A DNA stretch of 64,000 nucleotides from a virus (Duplodnaviria; Caudoviricetes). The notes under the pieces were generated by a model that ran no database searches, had not been told where the DNA came from, and saw nothing but the letters and a program-made list of their open reading frames with translations. Where the stretch lies: the IMG/VR virus record IMGVR_UViG_3300022173_000041, positions 1 through 64,000 of that record, one strand, 5' to 3'. A program made the position numbers and the translations under genes. Within the stretch, counting starts at the first letter, position 1. Each line of letters starts with the position of its first letter. Shown here piece by piece: positions 19,863 through 29,853 of the stretch.

Positions 19863-22800
19863 GTGGGCTCTAAAGGCAGCCAAACCACAACCAACCAAAC
19901 GCAGACATATACTCCCAATGCTGCGATTGGTGGGGCGGGTAATCAGGCCATTAGCATGGCCCAAAGTGCTGCCAGTCAGCCTTTTAATCTGCCTCAGGCT
20001 CCTGTTGCTGGATTTCAGGGGGATCAAACCCAAGCTTTCCAGCAATATCGCGATCTTCAGGGCATGGCTCAGCCCTATTACAATCAGGCCAGCGGCTACA
20101 TCAACAATAGCGCCCAGCCAATTACTGGGGCCGATGTAAACCAGTATTACAATCCAATGGCGTCCAGTGTGCTTGCCAACCTGCACGAAAGTCAGGGTCA
20201 GCAAATGCATGACCTTACTGGCAGGATGACACAGGCCGCTGGTGGTGTTGGCGCTGATCGTATTGCTGTGGGTCAGGGCGAACTTGGGCGCCAGCAGAGC
20301 TTGGCAGAGGGCCAGACACTTTCTGGGTTGTACCAGAACGCTCTTAACGCAGCGCAGCAGAACAAACAGATGCAGGCCAATGCCGGGTACGGCTTGACCA
20401 ACCTTGGTACGACCGCGCAGGGCGCGGCTATCCAAGGCGCTGGAATTCTCAACCAGTCAGGCAACCAGCAGCAGGCTCAGCAGCAGAACGTCCTGAATTC
20501 GCCATACCAGAACCAGCTCGCCCAACTGGCCTATCCGTTCCAGACCGCTCAGTACCTCGCTGGGATCACTGGAGGGCTATCTGGCGCCATGGGTGGCACC
20601 ACGACAGGCACCGGTACAAGTCAAGGGCCAGCTCCCAGCATATGGAGCCAAATTCTTGGTGGCGGGACGGCCATTGCTGGCGGTCTGGGGGCCAGTGGTG
20701 CGTTTGGCAACAATGGCTGGCTTGGGAATGCCATGGGCACCAACGCAGCCTACGGCAACGGTAATGGCGAGTACGGCGGTAGCTCCTCCAATCCTCTTCC
20801 CGGTCTTGACGCTGGTGACTACGGCGCTGGGTACGCTGACGGCGGCGGCGTCATGGGTAGCACACCATCGTGGATGGATGCTGCCGACATGATCGTGCCT
20901 GACATGAAGGTGCAGTCTCAGGCCAGCCCCGGCGCTCATCTTGACCTAAACCCCAATAAGGGTGGCGGTGGTGGGGGTGGCGGCGGTAGCGAGCTGGGTG
21001 ACATCGCCAAGATTGCCAGCACTGTAGCGACCATCGCTCCTATGCTTTCTGACAGGCGCGCAAAGGAAAACATCAAGGAAGTCGGCAAGACCCACGATGG
21101 TCAGAAAATCTATCGCTACAATCTAAAGGGCTCTCCTCAGACCCAGATGGGGCTGATGGCGCAGGAAGTAGAGAAGGTTCATCCGGAGGCTGTTGGTAAG
21201 CGCGGTGGGTACAAAACCGTCGATTACGCAAAAGCTCTGTCCAGTGGTGGGATCGTCAACGGCCCCGGCGCCTATGCTTTTGGTGGCTCAACCTTCGATG
21301 AAAGGTTCAACGGCGGTGAAGACAATAGCGGGCCTTCTTTTGACGATAGGTTTAGTGGCTCCAATCCTCTCACTGGTATGTTTGCTGCTGATGGGGGCGA
21401 TGGCTCTTTCAATACTCCTCTTGGTGATCCTCCATCTGATTTTGCAAACCGGTTCGCTGGCGACGGCGGCGGCTCAATGGGTGATATGTCGCGCGGAACG
21501 GCTCTGGCGCACTATCTGAATGATCCTAACGCCAGCAAAGGCACTAACGACTTTGAGACCGCTGGATCGATCAACCCTGATGATCCGGTTCGTCTTGACC
21601 CGTCAGCTACTGATAAGTGGCGTCAGGACAATCCTCTTCCTGTTGTGGCAGCCTCTGATGTTAATCCTGCATCGCCATCTTCTCCAATGAAGAACCCTGC
21701 TGCTGCGGCTGCACCTCGCGCTGGCGCTCCAACGTCTTTGGCTGCGCCTCAGGTAAAACCAGACGACTACACCAGCTTGGATAAGGGTCTCCCGTATCCC
21801 GATCTTGATCCCAAGAACGATGTGTCGCGCAACTTTGCCAAATCGCCTTGGATGGCGCTGATCAGTGCTGGCGCCGGAATGATGTCTGGCACTTCTCCGT
21901 ATGCTGGCATCAACATCGGCAAGGGTCTTCAGTCTGGCGTAAAGACGCTTGAGGAACAGCGTAGCGCATTGGCCACGGAGGAAGGCGTCAATCAGCGTGC
22001 CAAGCAGTTGATGCAACAGGCTCAATTCCATCTTGATCAGTACACCAAGATGACGCCTTACCAGCAGGCTGAGATCGCTAACCGCAAAGAGATGACTGAG
22101 ATCGCCAAAGCCAACGCCAACCTTAAGGGGTGGGTGGCTGGCCCTGAGAATATGGTTAACGGCGAAAAGACTTTTATGAAGCCTTCTACCGGCGAGGTTC
22201 GCATCATTAAGTCTGATGGGTCGGTCATCAGCGGCAACATTGATGATCCCTCCAGCTTCACCAAAACTGGTAAGTCAGGCGCGGCTGTTCCTGTCTCAAA
22301 AGAAGAACAACCCCCGCCGCCTATGGGTCAGAAAGAGCTGTCTAGCGACCTTAAGCCGCCTGAGAACGCCATCAACCCTTCGATCTATCGCAAGGGCTCT
22401 CCTGCTTTGGCTCAAGCCACTCAGGAAATGAAGAACGTTACACAGCTTCACACCAAGGAAGCCAACAACCTTGGTAACGAGAAGTTGCTGGTCGATAACA
22501 GTAAGCAGGCTTACGGCGTGCTTATGAAGGATCAGGATCAGGACGGCTTCCTGACGAAACTGGCTACCATGCGCGGCAACAACGTCGATGAGCGCGTAAG
22601 ATATGCTAGGTCATTGAACGAAGCGGCTCGCGCTGCTGGCAAGCCTCCTGTGATTAATCCTGAGAAGATCGCGGCGATGGAAGTCATCTCCAAGGATCAG
22701 AAGACCCTTGGTATGTTGTTCGCCTCCAATCTGTCTTCCCGTGAGGCTTTCGCTGGTCAGCAAGTAGGTATTGAAAGCACTCCCGGCTTGACACAAAGCC

Positions 22801-23135
22801 CGTTGGGTATGCTGCGGTTGCTGGCCGGTTATGACGCGCAACTTCAGTACACCACTGACAAGCACGCCTTCTTCACCAACTACATCAAGAAGTACGGCGT
22901 TGCGACCGGCTGGGAACAAGCGTTCGACAAGCAGAACCCGCCTGATCGCTATGTCGTGCGCTCAATGATGGAGAACCTGCCCAACCGCAGAGCTGCTGAG
23001 AAGCTTCCTGAGGCCGTTAAAATCCTGCGCGAACACAGGAATAACCCTGACGTTGTTAAGGGCTTCAACAAGAACTACGGCAACACTGCAAGCTTCTGGT
23101 TGAACGGCAAATTGGACCTTCTGGGGGCGCAGTAA
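19863..23135 (+). CDS. DNA ejection/pilot protein with internal peptidase-S74-like domain
   Basis: MGSKGSQTTT N-terminus, Q/G/A-rich; SDRRAKENI...IYRYNLKG...MGLMAQEVEKVHPEAV...VDY. Confidence 0.7.
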   Translation: MGSKGSQTTTNQTQTYTPNAAIGGAGNQAISMAQSAASQPFNLPQAPVAGFQGDQTQAFQQYRDLQGMAQPYYNQASGYINNSAQPITGADVNQYYNPMASSVLANLHESQGQQMHDLTGRMTQAAGGVGADRIAVGQGELGRQQSLAEGQTLSGLYQNALNAAQQNKQMQANAGYGLTNLGTTAQGAAIQGAGILNQSGNQQQAQQQNVLNSPYQNQLAQLAYPFQTAQYLAGITGGLSGAMGGTTTGTGTSQGPAPSIWSQILGGGTAIAGGLGASGAFGNNGWLGNAMGTNAAYGNGNGEYGGSSSNPLPGLDAGDYGAGYADGGGVMGSTPSWMDAADMIVPDMKVQSQASPGAHLDLNPNKGGGGGGGGGSELGDIAKIASTVATIAPMLSDRRAKENIKEVGKTHDGQKIYRYNLKGSPQTQMGLMAQEVEKVHPEAVGKRGGYKTVDYAKALSSGGIVNGPGAYAFGGSTFDERFNGGEDNSGPSFDDRFSGSNPLTGMFAADGGDGSFNTPLGDPPSDFANRFAGDGGGSMGDMSRGTALAHYLNDPNASKGTNDFETAGSINPDDPVRLDPSATDKWRQDNPLPVVAASDVNPASPSSPMKNPAAAAAPRAGAPTSLAAPQVKPDDYTSLDKGLPYPDLDPKNDVSRNFAKSPWMALISAGAGMMSGTSPYAGINIGKGLQSGVKTLEEQRSALATEEGVNQRAKQLMQQAQFHLDQYTKMTPYQQAEIANRKEMTEIAKANANLKGWVAGPENMVNGEKTFMKPSTGEVRIIKSDGSVISGNIDDPSSFTKTGKSGAAVPVSKEEQPPPPMGQKELSSDLKPPENAINPSIYRKGSPALAQATQEMKNVTQLHTKEANNLGNEKLLVDNSKQAYGVLMKDQDQDGFLTKLATMRGNNVDERVRYARSLNEAARAAGKPPVINPEKIAAMEVISKDQKTLGMLFASNLSSREAFAGQQVGIESTPGLTQSPLGMLRLLAGYDAQLQYTTDKHAFFTNYIKKYGVATGWEQAFDKQNPPDRYVVRSMMENLPNRRAAEKLPEAVKILREHRNNPDVVKGFNKNYGNTASFWLNGKLDLLGAQ

Positions 23136-25159
23136 TGGCTGAGCCCACTGATTTCTTCAACGAACTATCAATGCCTCCAGCACAGGCTATTCCGCCTGAG
23201 GTTAAGCGCGTTCCTGTCACCAAGCAGGATAACCCGGCTGACTTCTTTCAGACCCTAGAACCTCCTCCTCCTGAAGGTCCTCAGTACGGTGGTCTTGAGA
23301 CTGCTGCTCGTCATGGTTTCCAAGGCGTCACCATGGGGTTTGGTGACGAGCTGAAGGGATTGGCCGCAGCCAGCGGCAAGGAGCATTCGCTACCTATTCC
23401 CACAGATATCGCTCATGGTCTGGCTAGACTTGGCTGGCAGAAGCTTACTGGTGGAACAGATGCCTCTGAGGCTTACACCAAGGCTCGCGACGAAGATCGC
23501 CAGACGCTTGAGCAATCTCACATTCAACATCCTATTATCGGCACTGGCGCTGATGTTCTTGGCTCTATGGCTGTTCCGGGCGGCTCCATGCTTAAGGGAG
23601 CGACGATGGGCGCCAGAGCGCTTCGTGGCGCCGGTCTTGGTATCCTTCAGGGTGGCGCGCGTGGTGCTGGTGACGCGCCTGAGATGGAAGACGTTCCGAA
23701 GAGTACAGCCACGGGGTCCATTATAGGTGGTGTTCTTGGCGGTCCAATGAATGCTGTGCTGGGTCCTCGCGTCATGAGCCCGGCACGCAAAGCCCTAATG
23801 GATGTGGCAGACAAATATGGTGTTCAACTTCCTCACTACATGGTCTCTGATAGCCCCATCGTGCAATTCTACGGCAAGGGTATGGATCAACTGCCATTCG
23901 TCGGCGGCGCCATCACCAGAGCGGGAGATAAAGCCAAGGCTGGGATCAAGGACATCAGAGATGAGTTCGTGGACAGCGCGACTGGTTTGTCGGGCACCGC
24001 TCCCACTGAAGCCAGAGAAATAGCCTCTACGGCAGCCACTAAAGCTCGCGATCAGTTTGTTGAGGACGCCAAGAAGGTATCGACGCAAAACTATGACGAC
24101 ATTACTAATCTTATGGCTAATCCAAGAGCGCGCATCTCTCCTTCCAATCTACAGAATGAGATTGCCGATCAAGCCGCGAAACTAACCACTTACGCTGGTG
24201 ATGCAGGACCTATCCTGCGTCAGGCCCATGAAGCCGCCCAAATGCAGGGTGGCATGACCTATGAAGGTATGAAGAACCTTCGCACCAGACTTTATAACAA
24301 GTGGAAGACCATGGAAGGGCGGTCTGACACAGATCGTGCTGACTACATCGGCATTATCGGCGCTGTATCCAAGGATATGGAAGACGTTATTAATAAGGCT
24401 GGTGGCCCTAGGGCTGTTGCCGCTTGGAAGAAAGCCAACGTCCAGCATGGCGCTGGCAAGGATATGGCTGAAGAGCTTGGAACAGCTATCGGCAAAGGGA
24501 CTGGAGATACGTCTGCCGCAGACGCGATCTTTAGAAATGTCGGCGCCACACGTCCTAATATCTCTGAGATCAACACTCTAAGAAATACAATGCGTCCTGC
24601 TGATTGGGACAAGGTGCAGGCTTCAGTTGTCGCCAGAATGGGTGCTGACGATGCTGGAAACTTCAGCATGCAGAAGTTCATTTCGGCCAACAACAAGATG
24701 GCTGATGCTGGCAGGGATGCACTTTTTGGGATGGCCGGAACACCACGTCGTGATGCTTACGATGCTATCCTGAAGTTGGGACAATCTGTGCAAAACGTGG
24801 AGCGCTTCAACAACGCCTCCAAGACTGCGCCTGTATTGCTTGGCGCTGGCGCTGCACTGCAAGCATATAACGACTTTCGCGAAGGTTCTTACCTTAGAAC
24901 CCCGATGGAGCTTGGCGCCGGTCTAACTCTGGCAGCCATTCTTGCTAGGCCAGCTACAGCGCGTTCCGCGACGAGGTTTGCGAACGCTATGGACAAATAC
25001 ATCAACAACCCAACCGCTTGGGCTGCTGGTAAAGTTCCGCAAGCCGTAGAGGTTGCCGCTCGCAACTTTGCAATTTCACTAGCGAATTCCTCAGGTTTGG
25101 ATAAAGATAAGTTAGTGAATTCATTCATTGCCCCAACCCCCATCTGGGAACAGAAGTAA
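23135..25159 (+). CDS. Internal virion/DNA transfer protein
   Basis: QGVTMGFGDEL...YTKARDEDR pattern; helical, 674 aa. Confidence 0.65.
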   Translation: MAEPTDFFNELSMPPAQAIPPEVKRVPVTKQDNPADFFQTLEPPPPEGPQYGGLETAARHGFQGVTMGFGDELKGLAAASGKEHSLPIPTDIAHGLARLGWQKLTGGTDASEAYTKARDEDRQTLEQSHIQHPIIGTGADVLGSMAVPGGSMLKGATMGARALRGAGLGILQGGARGAGDAPEMEDVPKSTATGSIIGGVLGGPMNAVLGPRVMSPARKALMDVADKYGVQLPHYMVSDSPIVQFYGKGMDQLPFVGGAITRAGDKAKAGIKDIRDEFVDSATGLSGTAPTEAREIASTAATKARDQFVEDAKKVSTQNYDDITNLMANPRARISPSNLQNEIADQAAKLTTYAGDAGPILRQAHEAAQMQGGMTYEGMKNLRTRLYNKWKTMEGRSDTDRADYIGIIGAVSKDMEDVINKAGGPRAVAAWKKANVQHGAGKDMAEELGTAIGKGTGDTSAADAIFRNVGATRPNISEINTLRNTMRPADWDKVQASVVARMGADDAGNFSMQKFISANNKMADAGRDALFGMAGTPRRDAYDAILKLGQSVQNVERFNNASKTAPVLLGAGAALQAYNDFREGSYLRTPMELGAGLTLAAILARPATARSATRFANAMDKYINNPTAWAAGKVPQAVEVAARNFAISLANSSGLDKDKLVNSFIAPTPIWEQK

Positions 25160-26106
25160 TGGTAGACCCAACCACCACGAACCTGATCATGGCCCAACCG
25201 ATACGCGCGAGCGATGTAGGTACGTGGGACGTTCCCGTCAATGGAAATACAGGCATTCTGGATCAAGCCTTTGGCGGCGTCACCACTCTGGCGCTGACCA
25301 ATTCGCCAGTTACCTTAACAACCTCTCAAGCTCAGAACTCGGTCATCAGGCTTACTGGGACGCTCACTGGTAACGTCGCTATTACCATGGCGTCTATCTA
25401 TAAGTTCTGGACGGTAGACAACCAACTGGTGAATAGCCCATCAAGCTATTGCGCTACAATTCTGTCTACTGGTGGCTCTGTGATCATTGGTTGCCCTCCG
25501 GGCAACACGGATATCTACTATGACGGAACCAGCGTCAAATATCGCAACCTAGACAAATTGGGTGAGTATTGGGATTACGTTGGAAGCACAGTCCCAAGTT
25601 GGGTAACTGCATGCACGAACAAACCGTATCTCAACTGCGACGGCACTGTAATCAGCTCCGCTACTTATCCGCAGCTTGTGAACCTGTTGGGCACGACTAC
25701 TCTTCCTGATAGTCGCGGCAGATATCGCGCTGCTCTTAACCAAACCACTGGTCGAATAACCTCGTCTGGTGGTGTTGACGGCAACACGGCTTACGCTGCT
25801 GGCGGAATACAAAATCAAAGTGTCACTATCGGAACAAGTAATCTTCCAGCAAGCATCCCGTACAAAGACCCGGGGCACACTCACGCACTAACTGGTGCCT
25901 CTAACAGTCTGAACGCCAGTATTTCAGGTGTTACTTGGCCGGGCGGCACTGGCGGCGGCACCCTTACTATTGGTATCTCGTCTGCCACTGTTGGCATTAC
26001 CATCAACCCAAGCACGTCAGCAGTGGGTACTGGTAACGCTGTGTTCCTTGCCTCACTGCCTCCGTCATACGTTGGTGGTATCACCATGGTCAGGACCGGT
26101 TTGTGA
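25159..26106 (+). CDS. Tail fibre protein with tail-collar-like domain
   Basis: YLNCDGTVISSATYPQLVNLLG...LPDSRGR; DPGHTH; ends GGITMVRTG. Confidence 0.75.
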   Translation: MVDPTTTNLIMAQPIRASDVGTWDVPVNGNTGILDQAFGGVTTLALTNSPVTLTTSQAQNSVIRLTGTLTGNVAITMASIYKFWTVDNQLVNSPSSYCATILSTGGSVIIGCPPGNTDIYYDGTSVKYRNLDKLGEYWDYVGSTVPSWVTACTNKPYLNCDGTVISSATYPQLVNLLGTTTLPDSRGRYRAALNQTTGRITSSGGVDGNTAYAAGGIQNQSVTIGTSNLPASIPYKDPGHTHALTGASNSLNASISGVTWPGGTGGGTLTIGISSATVGITINPSTSAVGTGNAVFLASLPPSYVGGITMVRTGL

Positions 26107-26531
26107 TGATGGAAATGGTTGTAGTAAAACCAACGCCATATCCGACCGGATTTATGTGGTGGTTTCGAAACGGTGATAGCTGGCATGCGCCTGACTACAA
26201 TCAGGCGAACGATGGTCCGCAGCCGTATCTTCCTAATATCAAGAACCAGTTTCTTCGGGACTTCTTGTGGTTTTGTAGAAATCCAATTGGCAACTTCATG
26301 GGATTTGTTATTGGATTTGAAGGTTCCGGTTACACAGTAAGGGGGCCGTCGCCGGTCCTTATGACAACTCTATATGACGCCTCTCCTCGCCAATATGGCT
26401 GGAAGTGGACTTTGATAAATGGCTGGGCGCCATTTGTATCCTACTCGGGGAAGTTTGTGCTTTGGTACCTTGGCTGGCGTCCTGCCAGTGGAGGTTTTGG
26501 CTTCAAACTCAACTTCCACACGGGTGGCTAA
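26103..26531 (+). CDS. Aromatic-rich hypothetical protein
   Basis: WFCRNPIGNF...GWRP motif; overlaps neighbours. Confidence 0.6.
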   Translation: MMMEMVVVKPTPYPTGFMWWFRNGDSWHAPDYNQANDGPQPYLPNIKNQFLRDFLWFCRNPIGNFMGFVIGFEGSGYTVRGPSPVLMTTLYDASPRQYGWKWTLINGWAPFVSYSGKFVLWYLGWRPASGGFGFKLNFHTGG

Positions 26532-27694
26532 TGGTTACTTGGCCTAAGGATAATCAATCCTCGCGCAACGCCTTCTATGGTGATCCCGGTAAGGGAGAGA
26601 TCGGCCCTCAGATGGTGCCGGTAGTTCCTCCGTTTGCCATGTACTATGAAGGCAAGCGCATCAAGAACATTCAGTTTCATCGCAAGGCAGCTTCTTCATT
26701 GCTGGCAGCCCTGAATGAGATTTGGGACTACTATGGTCGAGATCAGAAGAAGATCGATGCTGCTGGTCTGTCCAGATACAATGGCGCCTACAACCATCGC
26801 ATGGTTCGTGGATCATCTACCAAGTGGTCCAACCATGCATACGCTGCCGCGATAGATATCAACGCAGATGAGAATGGTCTGTTCGCACAAGGCAATATAC
26901 CTCAACCAGCAATCGACGCTTTCTTAAGACAGGGGTGGATGTGGGGCGGTTACTATTCAGGACGCAAAGACCCTATGCATTTCGAGGCTGTAGACAATGG
27001 AGGACGAAAGCCAAAGTCTCCTCCTCCTGCTTGGCCAGCCGCAATTACTCCTGTTGCTTTCATGGAAACGACATCGGCGCCGGAAGACGAGTTCGAAGAC
27101 GAAGAAGCTCCTCATCCGTCCTCGTCTCAGATCAATGATCAGGGCATCAACGTCCAGCCTAAGAACAGCACCTATGACGTTGACATTGAAATCCTACAGC
27201 ACAAGCTGATCAAACTTAACTACCACGAAGTTGGTGATCCTGACGGGTACTGGGGCGGCAAGACGCGCGGCGCCGTCACCGCTTTCATGAGTGACCGTGG
27301 GCTAACCACTGACGGTGCATTCACTACGGCGGTATCCTCTGAGCTTAACAAGGCGCTTGCTGAGAACTGGTCTCGTCCGATATCTCCGCAACGGGCGAAT
27401 GCTACCGCTAGAGATATCGCTCCGAAGGTGGATGTTGTAAGGCAGACGCTGCTGCAAAAGTTCTGGGCCAAGATCGCTGCTGGTTTCGCTGCAATTGGTT
27501 TTACCGGATCATCGATCAGTAGCTGGTTTCACGAAGCAAATGAGAAGTTGGCGCCGGTCAGGGATTTCCTTAAAGGGGTTCCTCCGGAAGTCTGGTTTAT
27601 CATTATTGGCGCTGTAGCTGGTCTTGCTTGGTATGCGTCTAGCCGCGCTACCAAGGCAGCCGTGCAGGATTACAACACAGGAAAGATCAACTAA
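26531..27694 (+). CDS. Endolysin: M15 peptidase plus peptidoglycan-binding domain plus C-terminal membrane segments
   Basis: WSNHAYAAAIDIN and DPMHFE (M15); LQHKLIKLNY...DGYWGGKTRGAV (PG-binding); two hydrophobic helices; start trimmed to 26531. Confidence 0.8.
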   Translation: MVTWPKDNQSSRNAFYGDPGKGEIGPQMVPVVPPFAMYYEGKRIKNIQFHRKAASSLLAALNEIWDYYGRDQKKIDAAGLSRYNGAYNHRMVRGSSTKWSNHAYAAAIDINADENGLFAQGNIPQPAIDAFLRQGWMWGGYYSGRKDPMHFEAVDNGGRKPKSPPPAWPAAITPVAFMETTSAPEDEFEDEEAPHPSSSQINDQGINVQPKNSTYDVDIEILQHKLIKLNYHEVGDPDGYWGGKTRGAVTAFMSDRGLTTDGAFTTAVSSELNKALAENWSRPISPQRANATARDIAPKVDVVRQTLLQKFWAKIAAGFAAIGFTGSSISSWFHEANEKLAPVRDFLKGVPPEVWFIIIGAVAGLAWYASSRATKAAVQDYNTGKIN

Positions 27695-27972
27695 TGCCAG
27701 TGATCCTGTTCATAGCCAACCTATTCGGCATTAGCGTCATTCGCCTAGCGATCTACGCTGCCATCGCTGTAGCTGTGGTGACTGGCGCATTGGTTATTCG
27801 GCAGCACTACGTCAATCTTGGCTGGGCTAAGCACAAAGCCGCTGTTGAAAAGCAAGACAACAAAGCCGTCGAGGCTGGCAAGGAAGTTGAGCGCAAGGTC
27901 AAAGCTTGCCTTGATAACAGCTACTGGGATGTGATTACGCAGAGCTGCAAACTGGATGAGGAAATTCAATGA
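27694..27972 (+). CDS. Inner-membrane spanin-like protein
   Basis: N-terminal TM helix plus coiled coil. Confidence 0.55.
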   Translation: MPVILFIANLFGISVIRLAIYAAIAVAVVTGALVIRQHYVNLGWAKHKAAVEKQDNKAVEAGKEVERKVKACLDNSYWDVITQSCKLDEEIQ

Positions 27973-28199
27973 AAAATCTTGGGTGTATTGTCCCGGTATC
28001 AATGATCTTTTTGATTGCTGTTTTGTTGTCAGGATGTGCTGGGCACGGTCCCGGCAGCGTTATGGGCGGCGAGTGCAAGGTTTTTAATGACCCCGGTTTC
28101 GCTGTTCAAGGCAAGCGTCACAAGGACAAAGCTTGGATAGGAGAGACCCAAGAGAAGGGTATTGATGTCTGCAAGTGGAAGAGGCCGACGCACATCTAG
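27969..28199 (+). CDS. Outer-membrane lipoprotein (o-spanin-like)
   Basis: Lipobox VLLSGC; ATGA overlap. Confidence 0.6.
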   Translation: MKNLGCIVPVSMIFLIAVLLSGCAGHGPGSVMGGECKVFNDPGFAVQGKRHKDKAWIGETQEKGIDVCKWKRPTHI

Positions 28200-28230
28200 T
28201 GTGGTCGGCTTTGAAGATTGGATTTCGGAC

Positions 28231-28497
28231 ATGCCCGGAGCATCAGGCGGCGGATCACCACCAGAGTACGGGTATCACCCTGTAAAGACGATGCCAGAGC
28301 GTCTCGCGGCGATGGAAGTCCGCGTGGACGTTATCCGTGAAGACGTGTCCGAAATGAAGGAAACTCTTGCGGAGATACATGAGATTATCCTGCAAGGAAA
28401 AGGCGCCAAGTGGGCGATCATTACCTTTGTAGGCGTCGTGGCCAGCATGGTAGGCGGTGCTATACAAAAGTTTTTCCCCGGTTTTCCGAAGTTATAA
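28231..28497 (+). CDS. Holin-like membrane protein
   Basis: Coiled coil then C-terminal TM helix (KWAIITFVGVVASMVGG); start uncertain. Confidence 0.45.
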   Translation: MPGASGGGSPPEYGYHPVKTMPERLAAMEVRVDVIREDVSEMKETLAEIHEIILQGKGAKWAIITFVGVVASMVGGAIQKFFPGFPKL

Positions 28498-28569
28498 AAA
28501 CTTCCATGTCAAGACTACAATCTCGGTTTAGTGGATGCTAACTGCCCTATATCAATTGGGGCAGATACA

Positions 28570-28968
28570 ATGAAACGCATCACACTAACTCTAGTTGCCG
28601 CACTTACTGTGTTTTTTATTTCTTCCAATGCGGAAGCCAAAAGGTACCACCAAAGCTACTCAAGCGGAACAGTTGTTTCGCATCCACCGGGATGTCCGCG
28701 TAGAGCCTTCTGTGGCTGCGGTGCCTCCGTAAAGGTGTTTGGAAGGCCCGTGAGGGACCTTTATCTGGCAGCCAACTGGATGAGGAAGTTTCCAAGAACT
28801 CACCCAGCGCCCGGTATGGTTGCTGCACGGCGCCATCATGTTTTCGTCCTCCAAAGCCATGTCGGCGGCTCCGTATGGATCGTCTATGACGCCAACTCTG
28901 GGGGCGGTCGCACAAGGGTCCACGCGCGAGATATCTCGCCCTATGTAGTTGTTAATCCTCATGCTTAA
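28570..28968 (+). CDS. Secreted CHAP-like protein (Rhizobiales type)
   Basis: Signal peptide; AFCGCGAS...AANW...PGMVAARRHHVFV...YDANSGG. Confidence 0.6.
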   Translation: MKRITLTLVAALTVFFISSNAEAKRYHQSYSSGTVVSHPPGCPRRAFCGCGASVKVFGRPVRDLYLAANWMRKFPRTHPAPGMVAARRHHVFVLQSHVGGSVWIVYDANSGGGRTRVHARDISPYVVVNPHA

Positions 28969-29293
28969 GATATTTGTAGCAATCCTTTTGCTGGGCATAA
29001 CGCCTGCTTCAGCAAGTTCCGGCCTCGCAAGTTTCTATGGAAATGAGAGCGGAAACAAGACTGCATCCGGTGAGCGTTTCAACCAGTACGCCATGACGGC
29101 AGCCCACAGGACGCTACCTTTTGGTACGCATCTTCTGGTCAGCTATCAGCACAAGACAGTTTGTGTAAAGGTCAATGACCGTGGCCCTTTCATAAAGGGA
29201 AGGGTTCTTGACCTATCTCTTGGCGCCGCAAGAAATTTAGGTCTCATACATAAGGGAGTTGGAATTGTTACTTATCATGTTGGCTGCGAGTAG
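28961..29293 (+). CDS. rlpA: RlpA-like (DPBB) lytic transglycosylase with signal peptide
   Basis: ASFYG...TASGERFNQYAMTAAHRTLPFGT...VNDRGPFIKGRVLDLS. Confidence 0.85.
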   Translation: MLKIFVAILLLGITPASASSGLASFYGNESGNKTASGERFNQYAMTAAHRTLPFGTHLLVSYQHKTVCVKVNDRGPFIKGRVLDLSLGAARNLGLIHKGVGIVTYHVGCE

Positions 29294-29474
29294 CCTGCTG
29301 GCTGCTGATATCGAAGAGCCCAAGATACCGTCGCGGTTTACATGCGCTGTGGTGCGGTCGCTCTATAAGCAATACGCCAAGCATTACTCTCAGGCAGACA
29401 TGGAAGCCTACCTGAGAAGTAAGGGTATCAATGAGGGAAGGATAGAGAGAGCAAAGCTCTGTCTGGTTACTTGA
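29259..29474 (+). CDS. Hypothetical secreted protein
   Basis: Hydrophobic N-terminus; two Cys. Confidence 0.45.
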   Translation: MELLLIMLAASSLLAADIEEPKIPSRFTCAVVRSLYKQYAKHYSQADMEAYLRSKGINEGRIERAKLCLVT

Positions 29475-29853
29475 GAAAAGCCTTGGCTACTTGCTCTGCG
29501 TAATCCAGCTTTCTATCAAGTTCTTTGACGTGGCGCTCATGGCCAATCAAAGCGTCATCCTTGGTGGAGTATCTTTCGCACTCCATCTCGGCGCCAATAG
29601 AAGCAACAGAGTTACCGCCATCGCCCGGCTTTTCCCAGCGCTGATCATCGAACACCATTGTTTCAAACAGAACCGGTGGACCACCACAGCCAAATCTTTG
29701 GTCTATGCCCAAAAATACAGTTGATACGAGATACCCGGCACGCTCGTACTTAGCTATGAACCTGTTTTTCTTCTCATAGAACTCAGCCCAAACAAGCGGA
29801 TCACTAACCTCAACCGGGATACCATCCTTATCCAGTATCCAGTACATGCTCAT
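29467..29853 (-). CDS. Conserved phage hypothetical protein
   Basis: VSTVFLGIDQRFG...PVLFETMVF...RYST motif. Confidence 0.7.
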   Translation of the reverse strand: MSMYWILDKDGIPVEVSDPLVWAEFYEKKNRFIAKYERAGYLVSTVFLGIDQRFGCGGPPVLFETMVFDDQRWEKPGDGGNSVASIGAEMECERYSTKDDALIGHERHVKELDRKLDYAEQVAKAFLK

